DNA of 64,000 nt from Minisyncoccota bacterium (GCA_041664205.1 JBAYLF010000005.1:7063-71062), one strand, 5' to 3'; shown: positions 25,778 through 35,949, counted from the first letter of the stretch. The notes: generated from the sequence alone by a model not told the origin. Program-made: numbers and translations.

Positions 25778-28177
25778 TTATTTTGAATTTACTCGCATGC
25801 AATAGAAACTTCTCCAAACGAATACAAGTGCGACTGCAAATAGGAGCGTGCCTACATAAGGAGCGATTGAACGGAATCCTTCAGAGATTGTTATTTCCAT
25901 CGCCAAAAGTCCGAATAGCGTGGTGAATTTAATGATAGGGTTTAGCGCGACGGAAGTTGTGTCTTTGAATGGATCTCCGACAGTGTCGCCGACTACTGTG
26001 GCATTGTGCAAAGGAGTTCCTTTTTCTTTTAGATCTACTTCAACTACTTTCTTTGCATTGTCCCATGCGCCTCCTGCGTTTGCCATAAAGATCGCTTGGA
26101 ATAATCCGAAGAATGCGATGCTCATGAGATAGCTTACGAAGAGCGCGATCGGCTGTGCGTTAGTTGCAGAAGGTGCTGACCAAAAAGCGAACGCGAGGGT
26201 AAATGTAAATAGCGCGACGAAAATATTTATCATTCCTTTTTGTGCGTATTGAGTGCAGATCTTTACAACTTCTTTTGATTTTTTTATCGATTCTTCCTGA
26301 TCCTGCTTTTCATCAAGGCTGATATTTTTTCTGATGTATTCAACTGCTCTGTATGCTCCCGCGGTTACTGCTTGGATAGATGCACCAGAGAACCAATATA
26401 TAACTGCACCGCCCAAGAGCCATCCGAAGATTGTGAACGGATTTAGAAGGTTCAAGATAGTTTCTGGTTCTACTCCAAGTTTATTTTTTATCAAGATGAT
26501 CAAAGAGAAGATCATTGTTGTTGTTCCTGCGACGGCTGTGCCGATGAGCACTGGCTTTGCTGTGGCTTTGAAAGTGTTTCCTGCACCGTCGTTTGCTTCA
26601 AGATAATATTTTGCCTTTTCAAAGTCTGGTTTGAAGCCGAATTCTTTTTCGATGTCATATGTTGCTTTGCTGATATTGTTTTCTATGCCAGATAATTCGT
26701 AGACGCTTTGTGCGTTGTCTGTTATTGGTCCATAGCTATCAACGGCGATTGTAACTGGTCCCATACTTAAGAATCCGAAAGCGATCAATCCGAAGGCGAA
26801 GACAACAGGGTAGATCATGAAAGTCGCGAGTCCGAAAGTGCTTGCGTAGAATGCTGTAAACATAAGGCCGAAAAATACTAAACCGTTCCAGAATGCGCTG
26901 AAGTTACCAGCGACTAATCCGGAAAGAATTGTAAGAGATGCTCCGCCTTCACGGGAGGCCTCAACTACTTCTTTAACATGTTTTGATTTTGGACTTGTGA
27001 AAATCTTTGTTACTTCTGGAATAATTGCTGCTCCTAATGTTCCACAGCTTATTATTATTGAGAGCACAAACCAAAGATTATTTGGTAAGGCTCCAAGAAG
27101 CATTTTGCTGACGATGAAAGTCACAATGATAGAAAAGATTGAGGTAAGCCAAACGAGATTTGTTAGAGGCTTTTCAAAATCAAGGTCGTCAGTTTTTCCA
27201 TAAAGAACTTTGCTTAATCCATTGTTCAGCCAGAATGATGAAATAGATGTGATGACCATGAGTATTCTCATAACGAAAATCCATGTAATTAATTCTGCTT
27301 GGTATTGTGGAATTACTGCTAGAACGATGAAGCTGATAAGCGCTACAGCTGTTACTCCGTAAGTTTCAAAACCGTCTGCTGTAGGTCCGACGCTGTCTCC
27401 TGCGTTGTCTCCTGTGCAGTCTGCAATAACTCCTGGGTTTCTTGGATCGTCCTCTTTAATCTTCAAGAAAATTTTCATTAAGTCTGATCCGATGTCGGCG
27501 ATCTTTGTGAAGATGCCTCCGCAGATTCTAAGGACGCTCGCGCCTAATGATTCACCGATAGCAAAACCTATGAAGCATGCGCCGGCAAATTCTTTTGGAA
27601 TGTAATTAAGAATGAAAAGCATCAAGAAGAGTTCAACAGAAACAAGAAGAACTCCGATAGCCATTCCTGAACGTAGGGGAATGTTTAGGAGCTTCAAAGG
27701 TTTTCTTTCAAGTGATGAAAATGCCATTCTGCTGTTTGCGAGAGTATTTACTCTGATGCCGAACCAAGCGACTCCGTATGAGCCGAGAATTCCGATAGTT
27801 GTCCAAGACAATATCAAAGCTACTCCTTTTAGTCCGACTGATTGGAGGTATCCAAAATAGAAGCCAATGAATATTGCAATCAAAACAAAAAGTGAAAGGA
27901 TAAGTTTACCTTGCTGAATAAGATAAGTTTTGCATGTCTCAAAAATAATTTTGGAAACATCGCCCATAGATTCGTGAGTTGGCATTTTTTTAACCTTGAG
28001 GTATTGGTAGACGCCAAAGATAATTCCCAAGATACACACTACAAAACCGATCTTAAATAGGTTTTGCTGGCCACTAGATAGGTCAGGTATCTTTAAGTCG
28101 GCTTCGCTCGCGAGAGCGGTATTAAAGGAGGTTAATAAAAGAAAGAGTGTGAAAAACAATTTTGTTATGATTTTCAT
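25778..28177 (-). CDS. hppA: Membrane-bound proton-translocating pyrophosphatase (H+-PPase)
   Basis: ANAGGAWDNAKK and DCTGDNAGDSVGP signatures. 799 aa polytopic. Confidence 0.9.
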   Translation of the reverse strand: MKIITKLFFTLFLLLTSFNTALASEADLKIPDLSSGQQNLFKIGFVVCILGIIFGVYQYLKVKKMPTHESMGDVSKIIFETCKTYLIQQGKLILSLFVLIAIFIGFYFGYLQSVGLKGVALILSWTTIGILGSYGVAWFGIRVNTLANSRMAFSSLERKPLKLLNIPLRSGMAIGVLLVSVELFLMLFILNYIPKEFAGACFIGFAIGESLGASVLRICGGIFTKIADIGSDLMKIFLKIKEDDPRNPGVIADCTGDNAGDSVGPTADGFETYGVTAVALISFIVLAVIPQYQAELITWIFVMRILMVITSISSFWLNNGLSKVLYGKTDDLDFEKPLTNLVWLTSIFSIIVTFIVSKMLLGALPNNLWFVLSIIISCGTLGAAIIPEVTKIFTSPKSKHVKEVVEASREGGASLTILSGLVAGNFSAFWNGLVFFGLMFTAFYASTFGLATFMIYPVVFAFGLIAFGFLSMGPVTIAVDSYGPITDNAQSVYELSGIENNISKATYDIEKEFGFKPDFEKAKYYLEANDGAGNTFKATAKPVLIGTAVAGTTTMIFSLIILIKNKLGVEPETILNLLNPFTIFGWLLGGAVIYWFSGASIQAVTAGAYRAVEYIRKNISLDEKQDQEESIKKSKEVVKICTQYAQKGMINIFVALFTFTLAFAFWSAPSATNAQPIALFVSYLMSIAFFGLFQAIFMANAGGAWDNAKKVVEVDLKEKGTPLHNATVVGDTVGDPFKDTTSVALNPIIKFTTLFGLLAMEITISEGFRSIAPYVGTLLFAVALVFVWRSFYCMRVNSK

Positions 28178-28292
28178 TCTATAATTTTGCCAAAAAATGG
28201 CTTATTTATTACTTTTAATAAAAATATTCTGAATGGTTAATTCAGAATTAGGTAAGTTCTAATTTAGCAAAATGTAGGCATATTTGCAATGT

Positions 28293-29123
28293 TTATTTAT
28301 CAAGCATTTTCCAGACATTGTTTTTTTCAACGAATTTTTTTGTTGAAGCTATGTCGAAGTTTGAAAGTGACTCATTTCCGGCGTAATTATCCACAACAAT
28401 TTCTTTGTGTCTTATCTTTAGAACGTTGAAAGACACAGGTTCGCCTCTGTATCTTTTTGATATCGCAGTGCCTGCTTGAACAATTATTCCATTGTAACCA
28501 TCTATTTTATAACGGCTGGCAGTATCTCCAATATGAGAAATATGAATGTGTCCTGATAGAAAAACATCAATATTATATTTTGACAATCTTTCCATTGCTA
28601 TTTTTGAGTGAGCAACTACTTTATGAGTCGTTTTTTTATTAATAGGTATATCAAAAGGATGATGACAAACAACTATTTTAATTAATTTAGAATCAACATT
28701 TTGCAAGATTTTTTCAGCTTCTTCCAATTGTTCTTTACTGATTTTTCCTGAAGAGACAGTGAAATTTCTTACTGAATTTATGGCGACAATAGCTATATCG
28801 TTGTCGCGATAAAAAGGTGATATGTCAGGAGAAATAAATTTCGAATATTTTCTAAAAGGAGAGTGAAAGCGTTCTAAAATATTATATAAAGGTATGTCAT
28901 GATTTCCAGGAATAATAAAAGTCGGTCTATTTAGCGACTTTATAAATTTGCGAGCTTCAAGGTATTCTCTTTCTTTTGCTCTCTGGGTAAGATCTCCAGA
29001 AATAATGACAAGCTCAGGGTTTATTGCTTCTATATTTCTAATAAGTGGTTGGATCGCTTTTCTTTCTACTCTGCCAAAATGTAAGTCTGAAATTTGGACG
29101 ATTGTTTTTGTTTTCATAAACAA
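28293..29123 (-). CDS. Calcineurin-like metallophosphoesterase
   Basis: SDLHFG ... GDLT ... GNHD motifs. Confidence 0.75.
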   Translation of the reverse strand: MFMKTKTIVQISDLHFGRVERKAIQPLIRNIEAINPELVIISGDLTQRAKEREYLEARKFIKSLNRPTFIIPGNHDIPLYNILERFHSPFRKYSKFISPDISPFYRDNDIAIVAINSVRNFTVSSGKISKEQLEEAEKILQNVDSKLIKIVVCHHPFDIPINKKTTHKVVAHSKIAMERLSKYNIDVFLSGHIHISHIGDTASRYKIDGYNGIIVQAGTAISKRYRGEPVSFNVLKIRHKEIVVDNYAGNESLSNFDIASTKKFVEKNNVWKMLDK

Positions 29124-29313
29124 GGATTGTTTTTAACGATAACAAAGTATATCAGATTTGATAAAAATTCGGTATATTGCGTTTTATTATTAAGTGACTC
29201 AAAGCTTTGTTGTAAGCGTCTATATTAGTGTATAATAATATATGTTCGCTAATTTAAAATGTTATTAGTGAGCATGTTTTTAAAAATCATTATTAAATTA
29301 TATTTAAAACCCA

Positions 29314-29607
29314 ATGTCATCAATATCAAAAGTAATAGTATTTTTCATTGTCATTATACTGCTAGCTTGTGGAATATTGTGGTATTTTAATCAGCCAGAA
29401 GCTAATCCTAATGTAAATGTTCAATCTCAAGATATAAGCTCAGAACAACAAACAGCAGATAACTCAAAAAGTGCTCCTTTAGATAATTCTGATGAATCAA
29501 TAGATAATGATCTATCAACTATTGATAATCAGTTAAAGACCCTTGATTCAGATGTAAAAAATATCGATAGCGGAATTAATGATGTTCCTGTCTCTCAGGC
29601 GGAATAA
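29314..29607 (+). CDS. Small membrane-anchored acidic hypothetical protein (97 aa)
   Basis: N-terminal TM VIVFFIVIILLACGILWYF, then a D/S/N-rich tail. Confidence 0.45.
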   Translation: MSSISKVIVFFIVIILLACGILWYFNQPEANPNVNVQSQDISSEQQTADNSKSAPLDNSDESIDNDLSTIDNQLKTLDSDVKNIDSGINDVPVSQAE

Positions 29608-29634
29608 AAATATTAATTTTAATTTTAAAAATAT

Positions 29635-30438
29635 ATGAAAACTAAAAAAAGTATAATCGCATTGATCCCGTTAACAATTATTTTATTTGTAGCAGGAGTT
29701 TTTGTACCTAATGCTGGAGCTCAAACTGAAAATGTAGCATCGACTACCAAAACTGCTAAACAACTGGCCAGTGAAAAAAAGTTGATGGTAAAGATAATAG
29801 ATCGTGCTAACAAGGAAATAGACCGAAGAGTTACAGCTCTTGATGCTTTAGCAGCTCGAGTTCAGGAAATGAAAAAAGTTTCAGATAATGAAAAAGCAAC
29901 AATTGCTTCTGATGTTCAATCTCAAAATAGCATTCTCGTAAGTCTAAAAGCTAAAATTGCCGCAGATACAGATATAGAAACTATGCGCGCTGATGTTAAA
30001 TCAATCACAGGAACATACAGGGTTTTTGCACTTATTATTCCTAGAGGACATATTGTTGCTTCTGCAGATAAAATTAATACTGTGGCCGATCTGTTCACCG
30101 CTATAGTTACCAAGCTTGAAGCTAAAATAGTCGTAGCAAAATCAGCAGGAAATGATGTAGCAGTTTTGGAATCGACTCTTGCCGATATGAAAGCTAAAAT
30201 TGCTGATGCAAAAGTTCAAGCGCAGAATGCAGATGCTAAAGTTGCTCCGTTAACTCCAGATCAAGGAGATACGGCGAAACTTCAAGCAAATAAAACTGCT
30301 TTATCACAAGCAAGAACATCGATTAAGGTGGGCAATGACGATCTTAAGAAGGCCAGACAAGATGCAACCCTTATTGTTAAAGAGTTAAAAGCATTCAAGG
30401 TAAATACAGCAACGACTACTCCAGCTTCTGTTCAATAG
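29635..30438 (+). CDS. Secreted alpha-helical hypothetical protein (267 aa)
   Basis: Signal peptide ending AGAQ. Ala/Lys-rich helical body. Confidence 0.5.
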   Translation: MKTKKSIIALIPLTIILFVAGVFVPNAGAQTENVASTTKTAKQLASEKKLMVKIIDRANKEIDRRVTALDALAARVQEMKKVSDNEKATIASDVQSQNSILVSLKAKIAADTDIETMRADVKSITGTYRVFALIIPRGHIVASADKINTVADLFTAIVTKLEAKIVVAKSAGNDVAVLESTLADMKAKIADAKVQAQNADAKVAPLTPDQGDTAKLQANKTALSQARTSIKVGNDDLKKARQDATLIVKELKAFKVNTATTTPASVQ

Positions 30439-30467
30439 AATATTTTTCTAGTTTAATACCAAAACAA

Positions 30468-30497
30468 AAAACCTCTAATGTAAATTAGAGGTTTTTG
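30468..30497 (+). terminator. Intrinsic terminator AAAACCTCTAAT-gtaa-ATTAGAGGTTTTTG
   Basis: 12-bp perfect stem plus T-tract. Confidence 0.65.
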
Positions 30498-30546
30498 TTA
30501 TAGGGCTTATAATAGACTTGTCGTAAAATAACCTATAAATAAATTT

Positions 30547-31764
30547 ATGAACCCTTTTGAAAATGCACTTAAACAACTTGATCGAGTTGTGAAAGTAAAA
30601 GTTTTTGATGAAAATTTTATTACTAAACTTAGATTGCCTGAGCGCGAGATAAAAGTTTCTATCCCTGTGAAAATGGATGATGGAAATGTTAAGGTTTTTG
30701 AAGGCTACAGAGTTCAATATTCAAATGCTCGCGGACCATATAAAGGAGGGATTCGTTTTCATCCTGATACAGAGATAAACGAAGTTCGAGCGTTGGCATT
30801 TTGGATGGCGCTTAAATGTGCAGTAGCAGGAATTCCTATGGGTGGGGGAAAAGGCGGAGTTACAGTTGATCCAAAAAAATTATCAAAAACGGAGCTTGAA
30901 AAACTCTCACGCGGATTTGTTAAGATGCTTCATCTTGTAATTGGCCCGCAAAAAGATGTTCCTGCTCCAGATGTTAATACTACGCCAGAGATAATGGCGT
31001 GGATGTCAGATGAATATGAAAAGCTGTCAGGAGACAAAAGTGGAGCAACATTTACCGGAAAGTCGGTTGAGCGAGGCGGATCAGAAGGAAGAGGTGTTGC
31101 AACAGGACTGGGAGGTTTTTATGCTTTTGATGTGTTGAGAGAGAAATTAAAGTTGCCTAAGAAATCTACGGTTGTTATTCAAGGAATGGGAAATGTCGGA
31201 GGAAATGCCGGAAAGATATTTAACAAGAACGGACACAAAGTTATTGCAATTTCAGATTCTAAAAGTGGAATTTACAATAAAGATGGAATTGATGTAAATG
31301 AGGTTGAAGAATATAAAAAGGCCAATGGCTCGCTTGCAGGGTTTCCTAATTTTAAAAAGATAAGCAACGCAGAGCTTTTAGAACTTTCATGCGATGTTTT
31401 AATACCTGCAGCACTTGAAAATCAGATAACAAAAAACAACGCTTCAAAAATTAAGGCAAAAGTTATTTTGGAACTTGCTAATGGTCCAACAACAACGGAA
31501 GCAGATGATATTTTATTTAAGAGAAAAATAAAAGTCATCCCAGATATTTTAGCGAACTCTGGCGGAGTGATCGTTTCAACATTTGAATGGGAACAGAATT
31601 TAAAAGGCGAGCATTGGAGTGAGAAAAAAGTTTTAGATAAACTAAAGAAAATTATTGATAGGGAATCGATAAATGTTTGGAATACTGCTAAGAAAAACAG
31701 AACAGATATGAGAAGGGGAGCGTTTATTGTTGCGTTGGATCGTTTAGAAAAATCGATGAAATAA
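30547..31764 (+). CDS. gdhA: Glutamate dehydrogenase (Glu/Leu/Phe/Val dehydrogenase family)
   Basis: YKGGIRFHP and GIPMGGGKGG signatures. Rossmann GMGNVGG. Confidence 0.9.
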   Translation: MNPFENALKQLDRVVKVKVFDENFITKLRLPEREIKVSIPVKMDDGNVKVFEGYRVQYSNARGPYKGGIRFHPDTEINEVRALAFWMALKCAVAGIPMGGGKGGVTVDPKKLSKTELEKLSRGFVKMLHLVIGPQKDVPAPDVNTTPEIMAWMSDEYEKLSGDKSGATFTGKSVERGGSEGRGVATGLGGFYAFDVLREKLKLPKKSTVVIQGMGNVGGNAGKIFNKNGHKVIAISDSKSGIYNKDGIDVNEVEEYKKANGSLAGFPNFKKISNAELLELSCDVLIPAALENQITKNNASKIKAKVILELANGPTTTEADDILFKRKIKVIPDILANSGGVIVSTFEWEQNLKGEHWSEKKVLDKLKKIIDRESINVWNTAKKNRTDMRRGAFIVALDRLEKSMK

Positions 31765-31771
31765 TTTTTAT

Positions 31772-31812
31772 AAAAAAATGAGCCCGACGCATAGCGTCGG
31801 GCTCTAAGGTTT
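31772..31812. terminator. Bidirectional GC-rich terminator hairpin GAGCCCGACGC-ata-GCGTCGGGCTC (copy A)
   Basis: 11-bp perfect GC-rich stem between convergent gdh and the metallophosphoesterase gene. Flanked by an A-tract and T-rich sequence. Confidence 0.7.
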
Positions 31813-31828
31813 ATAAAATTAAAAGGTA

Positions 31829-32542
31829 TCAATTTTCATGATTTATTTTAACCCCATTTTCATCGATGGTGATCAAACTTGATGGAATGCTTGTCCAGTC
31901 GCCGGTGTTGTAGTATTCAATCCCATTGATTGTCCAATGGAGTTCTTGATGAGTGTGTCCGCAAAAAACAAAATCAGCTCCATAAGGTTTGCTGTGACGA
32001 ACTGCTCCTTCGGCAATTTTACGAGAAACTCTCAGCCATTTTTTGCTCATCTTTTTTACATAACGGCTGAAACGATGAGTTTTTTTGTCCAACTTCTGAA
32101 GAAGTTCGTAAAAAATTGTTGCCAATTCGCTAAGCAACCAATTATTTTTCATAAAGCTGTCGAATTGGTGACCATGAATAGCAAAATAAATCTTTCCTTG
32201 ATAAGCCCAGGAATATTCTACTTTAGTTCTGATACCAACGAGGTGTGCCATTACGTCAGCAAGAGCTTCGTCATGATTTCCTAATACCCACACAACTTCA
32301 ATATTTCTTTTCGGATTTGAAAGAAGACGGATATAAGAAATAAGTTTCCAATGCTCCTTTTTTAATCTTTTAAAATTAAGATCATCAAACATATCGCCTA
32401 AAATGATCAATCGTTTGAAACGATAACGTTTTAGAACTTGAAGAAGTGTGCTGGCTCGGCTTACTTCAGAACCTAGATGAACGTCAGAAAAAATAAGCGT
32501 GTCAACTTCCGTTATAGGTATAGCAGTTTGTGTTTGTTCCAT
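31829..32542 (-). CDS. Metallophosphoesterase (LpxH-like calcineurin-fold), 238 aa from the internal Met
   Basis: DVHLG...GDMFD...GNHD...GHTH motifs. The longer ORF to 32683 would contain the 32597-32621 terminator hairpin and a non-protein-like N-terminus, so the start at 32542 is preferred. Confidence 0.65.
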   Translation of the reverse strand: MEQTQTAIPITEVDTLIFSDVHLGSEVSRASTLLQVLKRYRFKRLIILGDMFDDLNFKRLKKEHWKLISYIRLLSNPKRNIEVVWVLGNHDEALADVMAHLVGIRTKVEYSWAYQGKIYFAIHGHQFDSFMKNNWLLSELATIFYELLQKLDKKTHRFSRYVKKMSKKWLRVSRKIAEGAVRHSKPYGADFVFCGHTHQELHWTINGIEYYNTGDWTSIPSSLITIDENGVKINHEN

Positions 32543-32596
32543 ATCTAACTCTCTTTTTCTGAGGTCAGTATAGCTTATTTGTAAAATAAAAAAAGT

Positions 32597-32629
32597 GAGC
32601 CCGACGCTATGCGTCGGGCTCATTTTTTG
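32597..32629. terminator. GC-rich terminator hairpin GAGCCCGACGC-tat-GCGTCGGGCTC + TTTTTT (copy B, inverted relative to copy A)
   Basis: Stem identical to 31780-31804. Downstream of the PAP2-like gene that ends at 32640. Confidence 0.65.
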
Positions 32630-32639
32630 ATTTGTTAAA

Positions 32640-33287
32640 TTAAGATCTGACGCCTTCATAGAACATTTTCCTGTCTTTTTCAAAGAATTTTTCTGCTATG
32701 TGATGAATTGAGTAAGTGATGAAGAACGCTGCAAATACATCAATTGTGTAGTGAAGGTGACCCAGAAGAACAACAGCGCCAAAGAAGACCGCATTCGCTA
32801 TAAAAAATATTTTAAGTATTTTATTTTTTTCAAAAATTAAGGCCAGTAAAAACGGCAAGCCTGTGTGAGCGGAGAAAAATAGATCTGCTCCAAAAGTGAA
32901 GTTGTTTATCCAACTTTCTGGATTAAGCGCTATTTGATCTGGATAAGGACCGATATGTGTCATCGTAAGAAAAACAGATCTAATGATAACAAAAAGCGCA
33001 ATGCTTTTTAAGATAAAAGGTATGCGTTTTGGTTCATGAACACAAAGGAGGGTAACGTAAAACCATAAAATCAAAGGTCCATAAATGAATATAGTATTCA
33101 TGTTAAAAACTGGCGTATTACTGAGGATTATGTCTTGCACAGGACTACTAGCACTTTCTGAAGCATAAGTGCCAGCATAGTAATTTATAACGAGACTAAT
33201 TAAAATAAATACCAAACCTAAAAAAGAAGATAGCATGAACGATTTATTAGAAAGATAGAGTTTGTATTTTTTAGTAAGTGTTTTCAT
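32640..33287 (-). CDS. Polytopic membrane protein, PAP2-superfamily-like (phosphatase/phosphotransferase)
   Basis: Six or more TM segments. FFSAHTG and GHLHYTIDV resemble the PAP2 PSGH and SRx5Hx3D motifs. Confidence 0.45.
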   Translation of the reverse strand: MKTLTKKYKLYLSNKSFMLSSFLGLVFILISLVINYYAGTYASESASSPVQDIILSNTPVFNMNTIFIYGPLILWFYVTLLCVHEPKRIPFILKSIALFVIIRSVFLTMTHIGPYPDQIALNPESWINNFTFGADLFFSAHTGLPFLLALIFEKNKILKIFFIANAVFFGAVVLLGHLHYTIDVFAAFFITYSIHHIAEKFFEKDRKMFYEGVRS

Positions 33288-33424
33288 TTATTTAAATTTA
33301 CTATAAAGGTTAAATATTATTTGTTAAATTATATCAGATTTTAAATTTTAGTATAAGTTAAAAATTCTAAAATATTTATAAATTTTTACCTCATAGACAT
33401 AATTATGGTTTTATTCTTTTAATT

Positions 33425-33461
33425 AGCCACAACTTTAATTTTCAAAGTTGTGGCTAATTGA
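33425..33461. other. Perfect 15-bp inverted repeat hairpin ATTAGCCACAACTTT-aattttc-AAAGTTGTGGCTAAT
   Basis: Seen directly between two minus-strand genes. No strong U-tract on either strand. Confidence 0.5.
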
Positions 33462-33484
33462 TTATTGATGTTAAAAAGTGATTG

Positions 33485-33973
33485 TTAATTTGCTGTTGGT
33501 TGTTGTGGTTGTGGTTGTGGCTGTGGCTGTGCTGCTCTAATTTGAACGGTTTGAGCTGTTATGCTTCCGTCTGAGTTTGCACTTCCTGAGGCAACTACTT
33601 GAACACCATTAGATAGATCATTCTTTGAACCTTCGGTATCTTTTGTAACTTTTGTTGAATCAGAAAGGAAGACAATTTTTGATCCGCCGTTAGTAAGTTT
33701 TATTGTTATACTTTTATCATCTTTGGAAAGTATTTCGCCTGCTGCGAAACCTCCGTTTCCATTCATCATATTGTTTCCGTTGTGAGCTGTTCCTTTTTGG
33801 TTTAAATTAAATCCCGCACCACCCATTTGCTGGAATTTTTGACCTCTAGTAGCTGACTGATTACTTTGGTCGTATTTCATGCCAGCATAAAAAGATCCAC
33901 TTCCTACAACTATTAAACTTATAATGACTGAAATTAATATTTTTTTATCCATACCATATATTTTATTATTCAT
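33485..33973 (-). CDS. Secreted Gly/Asn-rich hypothetical protein with a C-terminal PQ repeat (162 aa); last gene of the efflux operon
   Basis: N-terminal TM/signal. C-terminal PQPQPQPQPQQP. Confidence 0.5.
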   Translation of the reverse strand: MNNKIYGMDKKILISVIISLIVVGSGSFYAGMKYDQSNQSATRGQKFQQMGGAGFNLNQKGTAHNGNNMMNGNGGFAAGEILSKDDKSITIKLTNGGSKIVFLSDSTKVTKDTEGSKNDLSNGVQVVASGSANSDGSITAQTVQIRAAQPQPQPQPQQPTAN

Positions 33974-34005
33974 ATTTTTTGTTATTAATTGATAATGTTA
34001 ATAAT

Positions 34006-35229
34006 TTATTCGTAACGTAATGCCTCTATTGGATTCAATGATGCGGCATGACGAGCAGGATAATAACCAAAAACAATTCCTATTGTTGCTGAAACTCCAA
34101 ATGCTAAAAGTATTGAATAAAGTGAAACTGAAGCTGTAATAATATTGAAGTAAGTTACAGCAAAAGATATTAGCCACCCTATTATTACTCCTAGAATTCC
34201 TCCTAGAAATGTAAGCGCAACAGCTTCAGCTAAAAATTGTAAATTTATATCGCGTTTTTTTGCACCAATAGCTTTACGTAATCCGATCTCTCTTGTTCTT
34301 TCTGTGACTGTCGTAAGCATCATGTTCATAATTCCGATTCCGCCGACTACAAGCGAGATGCCAGCAATTGCCGCGAGTAGTGTTGTAAAAGTTGTCGCCA
34401 TGCTTGAAGCTGCGGAAACTATATCAGCTTGGTTCATTGTGCTGAAGTCTGCGAGAGTTGAATCAGATATATGGTGGCGAGTTAATAGAAGATCAGTAAT
34501 TTGCTGTTGAACTTCAGATAATGTTTCCGAATCCTGTCCTTCAACGCTTATTGTAGTTACATAAGTATTTCCCGCTAGAAATTTTTGAGCAGTTGAAATT
34601 GGAATAAAAATTATATCATCCTGACTCCCAAAGCCAGATCCACCTTTTGCTTTGGTTACTCCTATTACTTTAAATTCTATTCCTTTGATACGTAATACTT
34701 GACCTACTGCATCTGTGTCGGTTCCAAAAAGATCATCACGAGTTGTAGGTCCTATTACAGCAACTTTTGCCATACTACTAACTTGTTGATCAGTTATAAA
34801 ATAACCCTGATCTACTTCAATCTTTCTAACTTCAGGATATGAAGAAACTGTTCCAGTAACGGAAGTGTTTGTGTTTGTTCCTTTTGCTGTTATTTGGTAT
34901 CTTCCTGAAACTTCAGGAGCGATAGCTTTTATGGAAGTTATTTCTTTTGCGATTGCGTTAGCATCTTCTTGAGTGAGTGATTGGGCCGAACCTCTTCCTG
35001 AGCTCACTTGCATTCCAGGCCCTTTTTGAGTTCCTGGAGTAACTAATATAAGATTTGAACCAATTGATTGAATGCTTGATTGTATGGAATCTTTTGTGCC
35101 TTGTCCGATTGCAACCAATGCAATAACAGAACTAATACCAATAACAATACCAAGAACTGTAAGTCCTGACCTTATTTTGTTTGCTGATAGGGCAGCATAT
35201 GTTTCTTGTAGTATATCTAAGGTTGTCAT
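34006..35229 (-). CDS. ABC transporter permease, MacB/FtsX-like
   Basis: N-terminal TM, large periplasmic domain, three C-terminal TM helices (FtsX fold). 407 aa. Confidence 0.85.
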   Translation of the reverse strand: MTTLDILQETYAALSANKIRSGLTVLGIVIGISSVIALVAIGQGTKDSIQSSIQSIGSNLILVTPGTQKGPGMQVSSGRGSAQSLTQEDANAIAKEITSIKAIAPEVSGRYQITAKGTNTNTSVTGTVSSYPEVRKIEVDQGYFITDQQVSSMAKVAVIGPTTRDDLFGTDTDAVGQVLRIKGIEFKVIGVTKAKGGSGFGSQDDIIFIPISTAQKFLAGNTYVTTISVEGQDSETLSEVQQQITDLLLTRHHISDSTLADFSTMNQADIVSAASSMATTFTTLLAAIAGISLVVGGIGIMNMMLTTVTERTREIGLRKAIGAKKRDINLQFLAEAVALTFLGGILGVIIGWLISFAVTYFNIITASVSLYSILLAFGVSATIGIVFGYYPARHAASLNPIEALRYE

Positions 35230-35940
35230 CTATTTGTTGTGGTTAATTAATCTTCTTTTATGATCCTTACTATCGCTTACTATAAGACCGTCTCTGATAT
35301 GAATAATTCTTTGGGCATGTTCTGCAACGTCATGTTCGTGAGTAATAAGTATGATCGTTCTGCCCATTTCTTTATTTAATTTTTGAAATGTTCCCAAAAC
35401 AATTTCTCCAGTTTGAGTATCTAGGTTTCCTGTTGGCTCGTCTGCAAGAATAAGTGTCGGATTGTTTACAAGAGCTCGGGCAATCGCGACACGCTGAATT
35501 TGTCCTCCTGAAAGCTGATTTGAAAGATGGTGAAAATGTTCCTCGTCTAGTCCTGCCGCTTTGAGTGATTTTTTAGCAACATCATTTCGTTCCTGTTCAT
35601 CAACACCAGCGTAAATTAAAGGAAGCATCACGTTTCGCAATACTGTTGCTCTGGGAAGAAGATTGAAAGACTGAAATACGAAACCAATTTTGTCTCTTCT
35701 GATGTCAGCTAATTCATCGTCACTTAATTTTGAGACATCTTTTCCATCTAGAAAATATGTGCCAGCAGTTGGGTTATCAAGCGCACCTAAAATATGCATG
35801 AGTGTTGATTTACCAGAACCTGATGGTCCCATGATCGCAACGAACTCTCCATCTTCAATTTTGAAACTCACACCTTTTAAAGCTTGTGTTTCAAAAACTT
35901 CACTTTTATATATTTTTGTTATATCTTTAATCTCAATCAT
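35230..35940 (-). CDS. ABC transporter ATP-binding protein (MacB/LolD-type)
   Basis: Walker A GPSGSGKST. Signature LSGGQIQRVAIARA. Walker B ILADEPTGNLD. Confidence 0.9.
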   Translation of the reverse strand: MIEIKDITKIYKSEVFETQALKGVSFKIEDGEFVAIMGPSGSGKSTLMHILGALDNPTAGTYFLDGKDVSKLSDDELADIRRDKIGFVFQSFNLLPRATVLRNVMLPLIYAGVDEQERNDVAKKSLKAAGLDEEHFHHLSNQLSGGQIQRVAIARALVNNPTLILADEPTGNLDTQTGEIVLGTFQKLNKEMGRTIILITHEHDVAEHAQRIIHIRDGLIVSDSKDHKRRLINHNK

Positions 35941-35949
35941 TTTTTTTGT

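Noticed and set aside
31829-32683. Long version (284 aa) of the metallophosphoesterase ORF
   Set aside because: The N-terminal 47 codons would span the GC-rich terminator hairpin at 32597-32621 and encode a non-protein-like sequence. The internal Met at 32542 precedes the conserved DVHLG motif.
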